DNA of 17,289 nucleotides, from the NCBI GenBank assembly GCA_043732185.1, contig JAYTHY010000005.1:1-17289 (forward strand), given 5' to 3'. Positions 1 to 9,200 of the stretch are shown piece by piece. Within the stretch, counting starts at the first letter, position 1, and each line of letters begins with the position of its first letter. Source of the DNA: Fibrobacteria bacterium. Lineage in GTDB: Bacteria > Fibrobacterota > Fibrobacteria > UBA11236. The notes beneath the pieces were generated by a model that searched no databases, was not told where the DNA came from, and saw only the letters and a program-made list of their open reading frames with translations. Position numbers and translations under genes: made by a program.

Positions 1-624
1 GCCGCACCCTGGGGCAGTGCCAGCATTCTAACCATCTCCTGGGCCTATATCCGCATGATGGGCGGGGCCAATCTCACGCGCGCCACGGAAGTCGCCATCT
101 TGAACGCCAACTACATGATGAAACGACTGGCGGGATCTTACCCCATTCTGTACGTGGGCAAAAACGGCACCGTGGCGCATGAAATGATTCTGGACTGTCG
201 CAAATTCAAAGCAGGCTCAGGCATTGAAGTTGAGGATATCGCCAAACGCCTGATGGATTATGGCTTCCACGCGCCCACCGTTTCTTTTCCTGTAGCTGGA
301 ACCCTAATGGTCGAGCCCACGGAAAGTGAATCCAAACCGGAATTGGATCGTTTTTGCGATGCCCTAATTTCAATCCGCAAAGAAATTGAAGCCATTGAAA
401 CCGGACATGCGGATAAGACGGACAATGTGCTCAAAAACGCCCCGCACACGGCCGCTCACGCTCTGGCGGACGATTGGAAACATCCCTACAGCCGTGAACA
501 AGCTGTGTATCCCTTGAGCTGGGTCAAGGCCAATAAATTCTGGCCTACAGTTGGGAAATTGAACTCAGCCTTTGGCGACAGGAACCTGGTTTGCTCCTGT
601 CCTCCAATGGAAGACTACGCTTAA
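1..624 (+). CDS. gcvP: Glycine dehydrogenase (glycine cleavage P protein), 3' part; truncated by the window start
   Basis: Frame is open from base 1 ([21 protein letters not shown]). Contains GcvP C-terminal motifs [47 protein letters not shown] and [11 protein letters not shown]. Stop TAA at 622-624. Confidence 0.97.
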   Translation, partial: AAPWGSASILTISWAYIRMMGGANLTRATEVAILNANYMMKRLAGSYPILYVGKNGTVAHEMILDCRKFKAGSGIEVEDIAKRLMDYGFHAPTVSFPVAGTLMVEPTESESKPELDRFCDALISIRKEIEAIETGHADKTDNVLKNAPHTAAHALADDWKHPYSREQAVYPLSWVKANKFWPTVGKLNSAFGDRNLVCSCPPMEDYA

Positions 625-995
625 ATGAGGGCCTGATAAGCTGCGGCATCCATGAGGCCGGCTTGGGTGGCCTTGTCCATTTTGATCTTGATGATCCACC
701 CGGTGCCATAGGGATCCTGATTGATCACGCCAGCATCCGCAGACAGATCTGCATTGACTTCGGTAACCGTGCCCGTTACTGGTGAATACAGCTCCGCAAC
801 GGTTTTAACAGCTTCGATAGTGCCGAAACTTTGTCCGGCCTCCACCTTGGCTCCTACCTTGGGCAATTCCACAAAGACGATATCACCGAGCTCGCCCTGG
901 GCATGATCGGTGACACCGATAGTTGCGACGAGGCCGTCCAGCTTCGCCCATTCATGGTCTTTGGTGTACTGCAAATCTTTGGGAACAACGGACAT
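621..995 (-). CDS. gcvH: Glycine cleavage system H protein (lipoyl carrier)
   Basis: Motifs [26 protein letters not shown], lipoyl-Lys motif [16 protein letters not shown] and [17 protein letters not shown] lies 6 nt before the ATG. Confidence 0.97.
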   Translation of the reverse strand: MSVVPKDLQYTKDHEWAKLDGLVATIGVTDHAQGELGDIVFVELPKVGAKVEAGQSFGTIEAVKTVAELYSPVTGTVTEVNADLSADAGVINQDPYGTGWIIKIKMDKATQAGLMDAAAYQALI

Positions 996-1032
996 TCTGT
1001 ACTCCTATTAGGCCCGCAAAACGGGCATATTT

Positions 1033-1743
1033 CTACTCGCCGGCACCATCGGAGCCGAGCTCCATTTCGCATTTCTTGAAAAAATCCAATGCGGCCTGAT
1101 TTCCGCGCCGGAATGCGGACAGATGCGATTTTTCTTCAGTGTCATTTTCGGCTTTAAAGAATCGTTCAGCATTGTATGCGGCAGTAACTAAAGACTCAAC
1201 GCCTTTGGACAGGTAATCGGCCGTTCCCTTAAGCGCTTCCGGTGACTTGGCCAATAGCGGCGCGAGTTTTTCTTTGACTTGACGGGCTTCGCTCAAATAG
1301 CCCACAGTTTTATTCTGTAGCCCTTCATATTCTTCATCAGAAATATCGGCAACCACACCAAGATTTAATCCTGATAAATTTCGGCTAATGCGCTGGGCAA
1401 CGGTAAGTATACCCTTAAGCTCGGTTTTGCTTTCACCTAGTGCCACTTGATTTTTAGAGGCTGATAAAGCTGCTGTGTCTACCTTAGGAACGAGAGGTGC
1501 AGATACAGGAGGGGGCGGAGGTGGAGGGGGAGGTGGTGCGACCACTACGGCTTGTTCTGGTTGAACCGAACCGGATCTCGACACCAAATATTGACTGGTT
1601 TGAAAAACTGTCGCGCACAAGGTGAGAATCGCGAGAAAGTAGGATAGCACAACCCGGGTCTGGCCACGGGAATTAATGGCTCCTATGAAAGCTGTACAGG
1701 TTACCGCAAACAGCAGAGTCAATTCTAAGATTTCCGTATTCAT
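1033..1743 (-). CDS. Hypothetical membrane-anchored protein (two N-terminal TM segments, poly-Pro linker, helical C-terminal domain), about 236 aa
   Basis: Start placed at ATG 1743 (MNTEILEL), which follows GGGAAAGGAAG, rather than the track's 1839. Hydrophobic segments LTLLFAVTCTAFIGAI and VVLSYFLAILTLCATVF, a run of about 10 Pro, then amphipathic helices. No family recognised. Confidence 0.8.
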   Translation of the reverse strand: MNTEILELTLLFAVTCTAFIGAINSRGQTRVVLSYFLAILTLCATVFQTSQYLVSRSGSVQPEQAVVVAPPPPPPPPPPVSAPLVPKVDTAALSASKNQVALGESKTELKGILTVAQRISRNLSGLNLGVVADISDEEYEGLQNKTVGYLSEARQVKEKLAPLLAKSPEALKGTADYLSKGVESLVTAAYNAERFFKAENDTEEKSHLSAFRRGNQAALDFFKKCEMELGSDGAGE

Positions 1744-1932
1744 TGGAACTTCCTTTCCCATCAGCGAACTTTCGCATTGGGCTTGGACCCTCGTGAGCCG
1801 AAAGAGAGGGAATATAAAATTTGGGGTCTGGGGCTCCAAGTTACTGAGGTTGCTATTTTAAACCAGAATGAGACTGCGCCGATTTGCGTAGCGGCAAGAG
1901 TTGACCGAATTGATGGAAAAAGGCATAGCCGT

Positions 1933-3288
1933 ATGAGTAAGGAATGGGCCCTACCCGAAATTCGCGAACCCATTGGAATTCTGGGTTTTGGCCTCGAAGG
2001 TTCCAGCACCGCCAAATTTCTTCTGAACCAGGGCTATTCTGACATCACAGTTTTCGACCGTAAGCCTCCCGTTGAACTCGATAACCGCATTCGATATAAC
2101 ACTCCTGGAAGCGACGGGTATTTGAAAGGTCTGGCTTCCATGCAAACCGTATTCCGTTCCGCCGGTGTGCGGCCGGACCTTCCCGGCATCGCTAATTTTT
2201 TAAGCTGCGGCGGTAAGCTAACTTCTCAAATCGAATTGGCGTTCGCAATTCTGGGACGCGAACGTATCATTGGTGTTACTGGAACATTGGGCAAAGGAAC
2301 CTGTTGCTCATTGTTACACGCCATGCTCATGGAGGCGAACATTCCCGCAGCTTTGGGCGGCAATATCGGCGTTCCGGCTTTAGACTTGATAGCCACCCTT
2401 GGGCCTAGTGAGAAATTGATCCTGGAACTGTCCAGCTTTCAGTTGGCCACCTTGGCAACCAGCCCTACCATGGCTGCCGTTCTCAAAACCACCAGCGAGC
2501 ACCTAGACTGGCATTTGTCCCGGGACGAGTACTGGTATCACAAAGCCAATCTGGTACGGGCTCAAACCCAGCAGGATGTGCTTGTCTTCAGTGCCGAGGA
2601 CTCCGGAAGCGTATGGATCGCCGAGAAAAGTCGTGCCCGCAAATTGCCTTATGGGCACAAGGCTGAAATTCAAATTGAGGGGGATGCCGTGCACTGGAAG
2701 GCCATGGGGTTTTCCCTCCCTTTATCGTCCACGCGATTAAAAGGGGGGTTCAATCTTGAAAATCTGGCGGCAGCGGGAACCTTGGCATTGGAACTTGGTG
2801 CGGAACCCAAGCATGTGCTCGCTGCATCGGCAGCCTTTTCCGGACTTGAACATCGACTAGAATTTATTCGCGAAATCCAAGGCCTGGCCTATTATAACGA
2901 CTCCTATGCGACCCGACCCGAGGCAACCATTGGCGCCATTGCCGCCTTTCCATCCATGCCGCTTGGACTTATTCTGGGCGGGTCCGACAAGCTGGCGGAT
3001 TTTTCTGAATTGGCCCGCGCTATAGCCGCTTCCCCGCAAATCAAGGCCATCGCCTTGATAGGTCAAACCGCTGAGCGCCTGGAATCCGAACTCAGAACCG
3101 TGGGCCTTGCTTCCTCTGGAGAACCGGCACTTTTAAAAGTCGCCGGCTTGGAAGAGGCCGTGCAATTCTTGCAGACCAAACTGGATAAAGGCTGTATCCT
3201 CTTGTCGCCGGCTTGTGCATCCTTTGGGATGTTTGAAAATTATAAGGCAAGAGGAAAATTCTTTAAGAACCTGGTGACGGGACTTTAG
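1933..3288 (+). CDS. murD: UDP-N-acetylmuramoyl-L-alanine--glutamate ligase (MurD family, MurD2-like motifs)
   Basis: GILGFGLEG N-terminal motif, SAGV, GVTGTLGKGT P-loop, GGNIGVP, LELSSFQL, EHLDWH, GLEHRLE, NDSYAT, LILGGSDK, LLSPACASFGMFENYKARG. Start placed at ATG 1933 (MSKEW). Confidence 0.9.
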   Translation: MSKEWALPEIREPIGILGFGLEGSSTAKFLLNQGYSDITVFDRKPPVELDNRIRYNTPGSDGYLKGLASMQTVFRSAGVRPDLPGIANFLSCGGKLTSQIELAFAILGRERIIGVTGTLGKGTCCSLLHAMLMEANIPAALGGNIGVPALDLIATLGPSEKLILELSSFQLATLATSPTMAAVLKTTSEHLDWHLSRDEYWYHKANLVRAQTQQDVLVFSAEDSGSVWIAEKSRARKLPYGHKAEIQIEGDAVHWKAMGFSLPLSSTRLKGGFNLENLAAAGTLALELGAEPKHVLAASAAFSGLEHRLEFIREIQGLAYYNDSYATRPEATIGAIAAFPSMPLGLILGGSDKLADFSELARAIAASPQIKAIALIGQTAERLESELRTVGLASSGEPALLKVAGLEEAVQFLQTKLDKGCILLSPACASFGMFENYKARGKFFKNLVTGL

Positions 3289-3303
3289 ATTATATTGGCC
3301 ACT

Positions 3304-3810
3304 ATGCTCTCCGAAGACTATGAAAGAATGATGCTTATCTACCTCTCCGGGCTCACGGATGGGACAGGATTTCATAAACCGGAAGATCTCAATCGCCTCA
3401 CCTCGCACGAACTGCTTCAACTATCCGAAAAAATTGATGACTCGGCATTAGGCCTTTTCGTACAGCTGCTGAAAAGCTCACAAGCCGGTGAAAGACTGTT
3501 CGAAAAACTGATGGGAGATCATGAAGAAGAGAACCGGCAACTGGTCGACGCCTTCTTTTCCCGGTATCTTAAAATCGTGCTTTCCAGCGCACTGGATGAA
3601 GAGCAATCCAATCCTCTGGAAATCTTTATGCCAAGCCATACCTTCGACGACCTCGCATTTATTCAAAGCCGCCAGGCCTTTTTTCTAAGGCAGACAATCG
3701 AAACCATAAATGCTTACCTGGACGTGACATTCAGCCGCAAGCACAGTTTTTCGGTTGGGGAGCAACAATTGGCCTGGGAATATTTTTGGGGAAAGGTCAT
3801 GGAGAAATGA
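3304..3810 (+). CDS. Hypothetical soluble, mostly helical protein (about 168 aa)
   Basis: Fills the gap between murD (15 nt upstream) and clpS, with an ATGA stop/start overlap at 3807-3810. Protein-like composition. TTG 3295 is an alternative start. No family recognised. Confidence 0.75.
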   Translation: MLSEDYERMMLIYLSGLTDGTGFHKPEDLNRLTSHELLQLSEKIDDSALGLFVQLLKSSQAGERLFEKLMGDHEEENRQLVDAFFSRYLKIVLSSALDEEQSNPLEIFMPSHTFDDLAFIQSRQAFFLRQTIETINAYLDVTFSRKHSFSVGEQQLAWEYFWGKVMEK

Positions 3811-4139
3811 CGGAGCCTAACCTAGGTTCACCACAGGATCAAGGTCAATCAGAAACCGAGACCCTGACCAAACCCGCTGCAAACTGGAAGGTTGTGCTCT
3901 TCAACGATGAGGAACACACCTATGACTATGTAGTGGAGATGCTGACATCCGCCTGTAAACTCTCCAGAGAAAACGCCTTCCGATGCGCGGTGGAAGTGGA
4001 TATGTCCGGCAGAACGATCGTGTTCTACGGAAGCCGTAATGATTGCGAAGGCGTGTGCTCTAAAATTCTAGCCTACGGACCCGATCACCGATTGCCACAA
4101 AGCATGGCCTCCATGAATGCTGAAGTGCAAAGTCTCTGA
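3807..4139 (+). CDS. clpS: ATP-dependent Clp protease adaptor ClpS (atypical pocket)
   Basis: Flexible N-terminal extension, then WKVVLFNDEEHTYDYVVEML...AVEVDMSGRTIV, matching the ClpS core (VvLxNDD...yVvevL...A..vh..Gra.v). Starts at the ATGA overlap. Confidence 0.88.
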   Translation: MTEPNLGSPQDQGQSETETLTKPAANWKVVLFNDEEHTYDYVVEMLTSACKLSRENAFRCAVEVDMSGRTIVFYGSRNDCEGVCSKILAYGPDHRLPQSMASMNAEVQSL

Positions 4140-4261
4140 AGCCATCCAACACCAAATTCTATTGCATTATTTTTGATCGAGGAGGCTGTCGCATTAAAAG
4201 ACAGCTGGTAATGGATTGAAAAACAGGCGGTAATGCTTTGCAATTATATTTGTGAATTGTC

Positions 4262-4291
4262 TTGCAACATTCCACTTTCTGTTGTTATCTT
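4262..4291 (+). promoter_or_regulatory. Putative sigma70-type promoter for the HU/IHF gene
   Basis: TTGCAA (4262-4267), 18-nt spacer, TATCTT (4286-4291) preceded by an extended -10 TG. Lies about 40 nt upstream of the start codon in an AT-rich intergenic region. Confidence 0.45.
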
Positions 4292-4332
4292 CTGTTTGTT
4301 GGCCACAACATGTAGGGGTACAGGAGGTTAAA

Positions 4333-4698
4333 TTGAAGAATGTAACCAAGCAGGACCTAGTTCAAGAAGCAGCAAAATCGAGTGGGCATCCCCAGCTGGA
4401 AATCAAGGAAGTTGCCGAGCAGTTTATGCAGCTCGTGGGCGAGTACTTGATTCAGGAGAAAACCATCGAAATTCGTGGATTTGGAACCTTCTATGCAAAG
4501 GTTCGCAAGCCCCGGCCCGCTCGAAACCCTCGCACCGGTGAGATTTGTCCCTTGGGTAGGCGCAAGGTGGCCCTGTTCCGGTTTTCCGCCGATATGAAAA
4601 CCCAGATCCAGGACGTTCCGGAATTGACGCAGGTCCTGACCGACGTGCAGTCGGAAGCATTGACCCAGACGGTCGATTCGCAATTTCAAATCGATTGA
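4333..4698 (+). CDS. HU/IHF family DNA-binding protein with a C-terminal extension (121 aa)
   Basis: AGGAGG at 4322-4327 then TTG 4333. TKQDLV...IEIRGFGTF..KVRKPRPARNPRTGE...F is the HU/IHF signature, closest to IHF-beta by eye. Confidence 0.92.
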   Translation: MKNVTKQDLVQEAAKSSGHPQLEIKEVAEQFMQLVGEYLIQEKTIEIRGFGTFYAKVRKPRPARNPRTGEICPLGRRKVALFRFSADMKTQIQDVPELTQVLTDVQSEALTQTVDSQFQID

Positions 4699-4731
4699 TG
4701 CTACAGCCCTGACTCTGGAAGTGTTTTGACT

Positions 4732-4762
4732 CTTGAAGCGTTTTCTCTGAAAGCGCTTCAAG
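4732..4762 (+). other. 14-bp stem-loop downstream of the HU/IHF gene (possible weak terminator or stabiliser)
   Basis: CTTGAAGCGTTTTC-TCT-GAAAGCGCTTCAAG pairs over 14 bp with one G:U. No U-tract follows. Confidence 0.5.
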
Positions 4763-4835
4763 TCCACCCCTGATTCTATACGCCGCATGCCGATGCGGTT
4801 GGCACCATCGACCCTGCGAATGATAAACTGCTTTT

Positions 4836-6221
4836 GTGGATTCCCAACCCTGGCGAGAGGTTTTTGCGCTGGCCCTGCTTTTGTTTGGCACTTCGGCATT
4901 TAGTCAGCCTTTTATTCTGATAGGCAAAGCCGATGCAGAACTCAGCGGTGCCTTTTCCTATGAGTTTTTAAAAAGCCCCTTGACCAGACCTTTCTCGCAC
5001 GGTCAAGCCGAGGCGAGCCTGAATCTTCCATTTAATGCTTCTGCGCAAGCTCAAAAATTCATCGGTTCGTTCGCAGATTCAGCCGTGGTCATGCCGGAAT
5101 TGTTCGCTAGAGTTTCTCAAGATTTGAATGCCCATGTCGACGTGTCCGCGCCCATGTTTGGAGGGATAGGTTTTTTCGCCGCGCGCGAGAATGCCAGTTT
5201 AACCGTGGCCGGCGGCCTGGGAAATGCCCGCTTCAATTTGGATACAGTCATGCCGGGCACCGGATCCGTGCTGCTCAAAGGCAGCATCCACATGCCACTC
5301 ATTTTTGAAATGTCTTGGCGGTCCCTGACATTCGGATACGCCTGCCATCCGGCGCCTTGGCTGGCAGTCGCGTTTCAGGTGCATAAACATTTTTTCAGCG
5401 CGCGCACGTCCGGGGACTTGCGGCCGGACCTTTCGGGACGCATGTCGGTTGGCGGAGATGCCGGCAACACTTCCTTTTTGGTCGAGTACCCGGACAGTAA
5501 GGTTTACGGTGTGGCCAGCGGAGCCTATGCCGGAACGGTTTGGAGTCCGGAGATGGGACTTGGAGTGGGGCGGGTGCGCCTGGTTTCGCGTATGGGTGCG
5601 CGCATGTCCGCCAAGGGACACGTAGATGTTACCTACAGTATTCCTTTTTTCATCGACCCGGAAACCTTCGAACCCCGCTTTACCAGCCCCGATTCCTTCC
5701 TTACGGCCGACAACCTGCGGCGCCTTTTGGACGGTGAGACCGGAAAAAAATCCATCCATATCCATGAGCGGCTTATTTTAAGCTTGCCCCAATCCCATAC
5801 GCTTTCGGTGGATCTCTGGACCGGGCACATTGCCATGAGCTACACCAAAGTATTCGGCAACGTCTCCATCCATGCCGAGCGGGTGGCTAAACCTATTGTG
5901 GTGGATACCTCCGGAGCGCCCGCGGATAGCTCCGGTACCACAGCGGGTTTTGTCGATCTCGATTTGTTCCCGGACCAAGTGATTTGCATGAACGGTATAT
6001 TTGGATGGTTTCATACCGATATAGGCCTGCACACCTTGAACATCAACTATCGTCGCCAACGCAATCTGCTGTCGGGCCTTTCGCCTCTGGAGTGGAATGG
6101 CGATCCGCTGGTTCCCATTTTCACATTCGGTTTCACATGGGGCTATCCGCTTATTTTCTCCACCGACTTTTTTGTGTCCCCGCTTCCGGCGGTACGGTCC
6201 GGAGTGAGCTATGCGTTTTAA
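4836..6221 (+). CDS. Putative outer-membrane beta-barrel protein, family not recognised (461 aa)
   Basis: Sec signal peptide (VFALALLLFGTSAFS), many alternating amphipathic strands, and a BamA-type C-terminal strand ending in Phe (VRSGVSYAF). GTG start. Overlaps the next gene by 11 nt. Confidence 0.7.
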   Translation: MDSQPWREVFALALLLFGTSAFSQPFILIGKADAELSGAFSYEFLKSPLTRPFSHGQAEASLNLPFNASAQAQKFIGSFADSAVVMPELFARVSQDLNAHVDVSAPMFGGIGFFAARENASLTVAGGLGNARFNLDTVMPGTGSVLLKGSIHMPLIFEMSWRSLTFGYACHPAPWLAVAFQVHKHFFSARTSGDLRPDLSGRMSVGGDAGNTSFLVEYPDSKVYGVASGAYAGTVWSPEMGLGVGRVRLVSRMGARMSAKGHVDVTYSIPFFIDPETFEPRFTSPDSFLTADNLRRLLDGETGKKSIHIHERLILSLPQSHTLSVDLWTGHIAMSYTKVFGNVSIHAERVAKPIVVDTSGAPADSSGTTAGFVDLDLFPDQVICMNGIFGWFHTDIGLHTLNINYRRQRNLLSGLSPLEWNGDPLVPIFTFGFTWGYPLIFSTDFFVSPLPAVRSGVSYAF

Positions 6222-9200
6222 GCCGTGTGTTGCCAGGAGGCAAGGCTTTTTAATCGCGGCCCTGCTGGCGGCTTTTCAGATTTCCCTAGAGGCCAAACCA
6301 AATCTCATCTTCCTATTAGCTCCAGACGGCGAAGTGGCGCCGGACTCCTTGATACGGCTGGGTTTTGCCATTTTTCCGCCGGGCAGCAAAGCGCCGGATT
6401 CCTGCCGCATCTACCATTCCGCCAAAGCCTTGGGCGATACCCTACCGGGACACGCCAACCCATTGTCCGCGGTAGCCTCCATCTCTTCCGATTCCAGTAC
6501 CCGCATTTTGGCCTTTAAACCATCCGACTTGACGGCCACGGGCGTTCCCCAGCTTGGCCTGGGATTCCACTATCTGATGGTGGGATGCCGGGACACCAAG
6601 TACGTCTCTTCCGAGTTACCCTTGTGGGTTTCCTCGCGACAATCGGCAACCATCTTAACTCCGCGCGGGGAGGAGACCTCGGCCAGCCCAAACATCACCT
6701 GGACACCGGTTCCAGGAGTACCGGCATACCATCTGCTCTTATCCGACCAAGCCATTAACATCGACCCCGCAAAAGGTTCGGTCTCCGGTGCCAGCGTCAT
6801 TTGGCAAGCCATCACCACCAAAGCAGCTATCCCTTATGGCACTCCGGATCCCTCCGGGAATTTCTCCCAAGTGCCCGCGCCTCCCTTATCCCCCAACGTA
6901 CCATACAACCTGGTCATCCTCAACAATTACGACGGCCGTAGCGCGCTCGCCACTTCGGCCAAAGCACAAGGACTCAAATTATTCACCATCAAAAGCCAGG
7001 CCGCTGCCTTGTCCAAACCCAAAAACATCGACCCTGCCGGGAATAAAATTATGAGCGCCGCATCCGACAGCACGCTCAAGTTTGTATGGACGGCGTCCAA
7101 ATCGGGAAGCCTTTCCGCCAATACCTACAAGCTGTACATCTATTCCTTGGAAGTGCAGGATGCCCTGGAGGTTTTGATTCCCATTTTTCAAACCGAGGTT
7201 ACCGATACCTTTGCCGTCATTGATGCCAAAAGGACTTTGCTTTCGAAGCGTTACATCTGGAAAGTATTTGCACTAAGCCAGGAAGGCACTGGTGTTGTGG
7301 GTGACACCACGTCCTTCCAGTATCGTAATGATGTGCAAACCTTGTCCGTGGATACGCGTACATTGGACTTGCACGGAGATACTATCCCCTTGGGAGATGT
7401 CCGCATCGATGTGGTGCCCCTGGATGGAAGCACCGACGCCCTGCCCTTGTTTTCCATAAGTACCGGCAGCGCGGAAAAGGTTCTGGCAGTTGGCGGCTAT
7501 CGTCTGGCCTTTTCCAAAAGCGGATTCGTAACGGAAAGCCGCACCATAACCTTGGATCTATCCGGCCCATTGCGAATCAAGCAGGTGCTGCCGCCCGCGT
7601 CTTGCCGTATCACCGGGCACGTGGTCGATGCCCAGGGAAGAGATCTGGATAACGTAGCCGTTACCTCCGTCGGGGGTGGAAAAACTGCAATCACCTTGTC
7701 CGATGCAACCGGTTACTTTTTGCTGGGGGTGGTTGCCGGTACCCACGCGGTCTCTTTCGCTAAAGCCGACTACCAGTCCCCGCCCGATACAGTGCTTACC
7801 CTGCTGGCTGGTAAATCCTTGGATCTCGGGAAAATTGTTATCGCCCGCCCGGTGGCCTCGCTTAGCGGCACCGTTAACAATGACAAAGGAGCTCCCCTAT
7901 CGGGTTGCCAAATCCTCATCAAGTCCGCCGCCGGCCTTTTGCTACGCACGCTGCTCTCCGACGACAAGGGAACCTTCTCGGCCTTTCTCTCTCCGGGTAC
8001 TTATCTGGTTACCGCCTCACGCACTGGTTTTTTAGGCGAGGAAAAAACCGTGCAACTCACCGATGTCGCCAATATCGGTTTTCAAATGACCTCGGGCGCA
8101 TCGGTAGTGAAAGGCCGCATCACGCTTTTGACCAAGCCAATGGCCGGTTCCATCCAGTCCGCGCCGCTTCCCGGTGCCAGCGTGGAACTCGTTCCCTTAA
8201 ACACAAGTGCTGCGTCCAAAAAAACGGAAGCGGATTTGCGCGGCGAGTATACTTTTTCCGCCGACACCGGCTCCTACACCCTGCAAGTGTCGCGTCCGGG
8301 CCGGGCGCTTCCCGACTCCATGCAAGTTCACATTGAAACCGTCCGATCGACGTTAACTCGGGATGTGGCTTTGCAAGGCTTGGCTTCCATCCAAGGAGTA
8401 TTAAGTTTACTGCCGGATACCGTGGTGAATCCAGCCAGCGCATCCATCACTTTGCTGAAATCACCTGGGCTGGGGATTTTCCTCACTGTCATTCCCCAAG
8501 CCGCGCCCATCCCAGGCAAGGCTGGAAATATGGCCTTTACTTTGGAAGGCATTCCTGACGGAAAATACCAAGTCACTTGTGGGTTACCTGGATATGGGCT
8601 GGATGTGGAACCTGAGGTAACACTCGTCGATGGCATTTGGAAAACGGACCTTGCCCTCAGCCTGCGCAAAGCCACCAAATCCCTGACATTTGATATCAAA
8701 TCCGGTGGCAAGTCCCTGCCCGGTTCCATCCACCTTTTAACGCCCCGAACCTTGGACCTGCCCGCCAAAACGAAATTAGGCCAGGCTTCTTCCGGCACAT
8801 ACACCTTAACCGCAGCACCGGATAGTCTGGCCGTGATACCGCTCTATCATTTGACCTTTAAACTCGCGTCCACCGGCAGTCCCGATACCACCATAACCCT
8901 GGCCTTTCCCTTCTCCCATGTGCCAAAGCCCCTGACCTTTCAAGATCAAAAGGTGGAGATTACTCTGGAAGCCGCAGCCCCGACGGATTCCGTGCTTATC
9001 GTTTATGGATATGGAGCACCTACGGATACGTTTCCTGTGCCCTTCGCCCAGTTGTCGGGCCCTCCTGGTCCTCGCACCATCCTTTTTCAACCCGGAGCCC
9101 AGGGCGGCCTCCTGACGTATTACTTCATTATTCATTCGGGTCTCCTCACCTATGCCAATGACGAACCGGCACGGCGCTTCAGGGCCCAGGTGGAACCGTC

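Noticed and set aside
1012..1026. Hairpin GCCCG-N5-CGGGC between the membrane gene and gcvH as a terminator
   Set aside because: The stem is short and no U-tract follows on the transcribed minus strand.
1777..1932. N-terminal extensions in the ORF track for murD (1777), the membrane protein (1839) and HU (4252)
   Set aside because: The first two would overlap head-to-head. Downstream starts fit family N-termini or have better SD sequences.
4185..4205. Inverted repeat GCTGTC-N9-GACAGC after clpS
   Set aside because: Only 6 bp, with a long loop and no U-tract; cannot be distinguished from chance.
4357..4899. Long antisense and alternative-frame ORFs (also 5199-5765, 8328-8804, 9253-9690, 11264-11776, 13763-14170)
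   Set aside because: They lie opposite or within well-supported genes and show no motifs; best explained as shadow ORFs.
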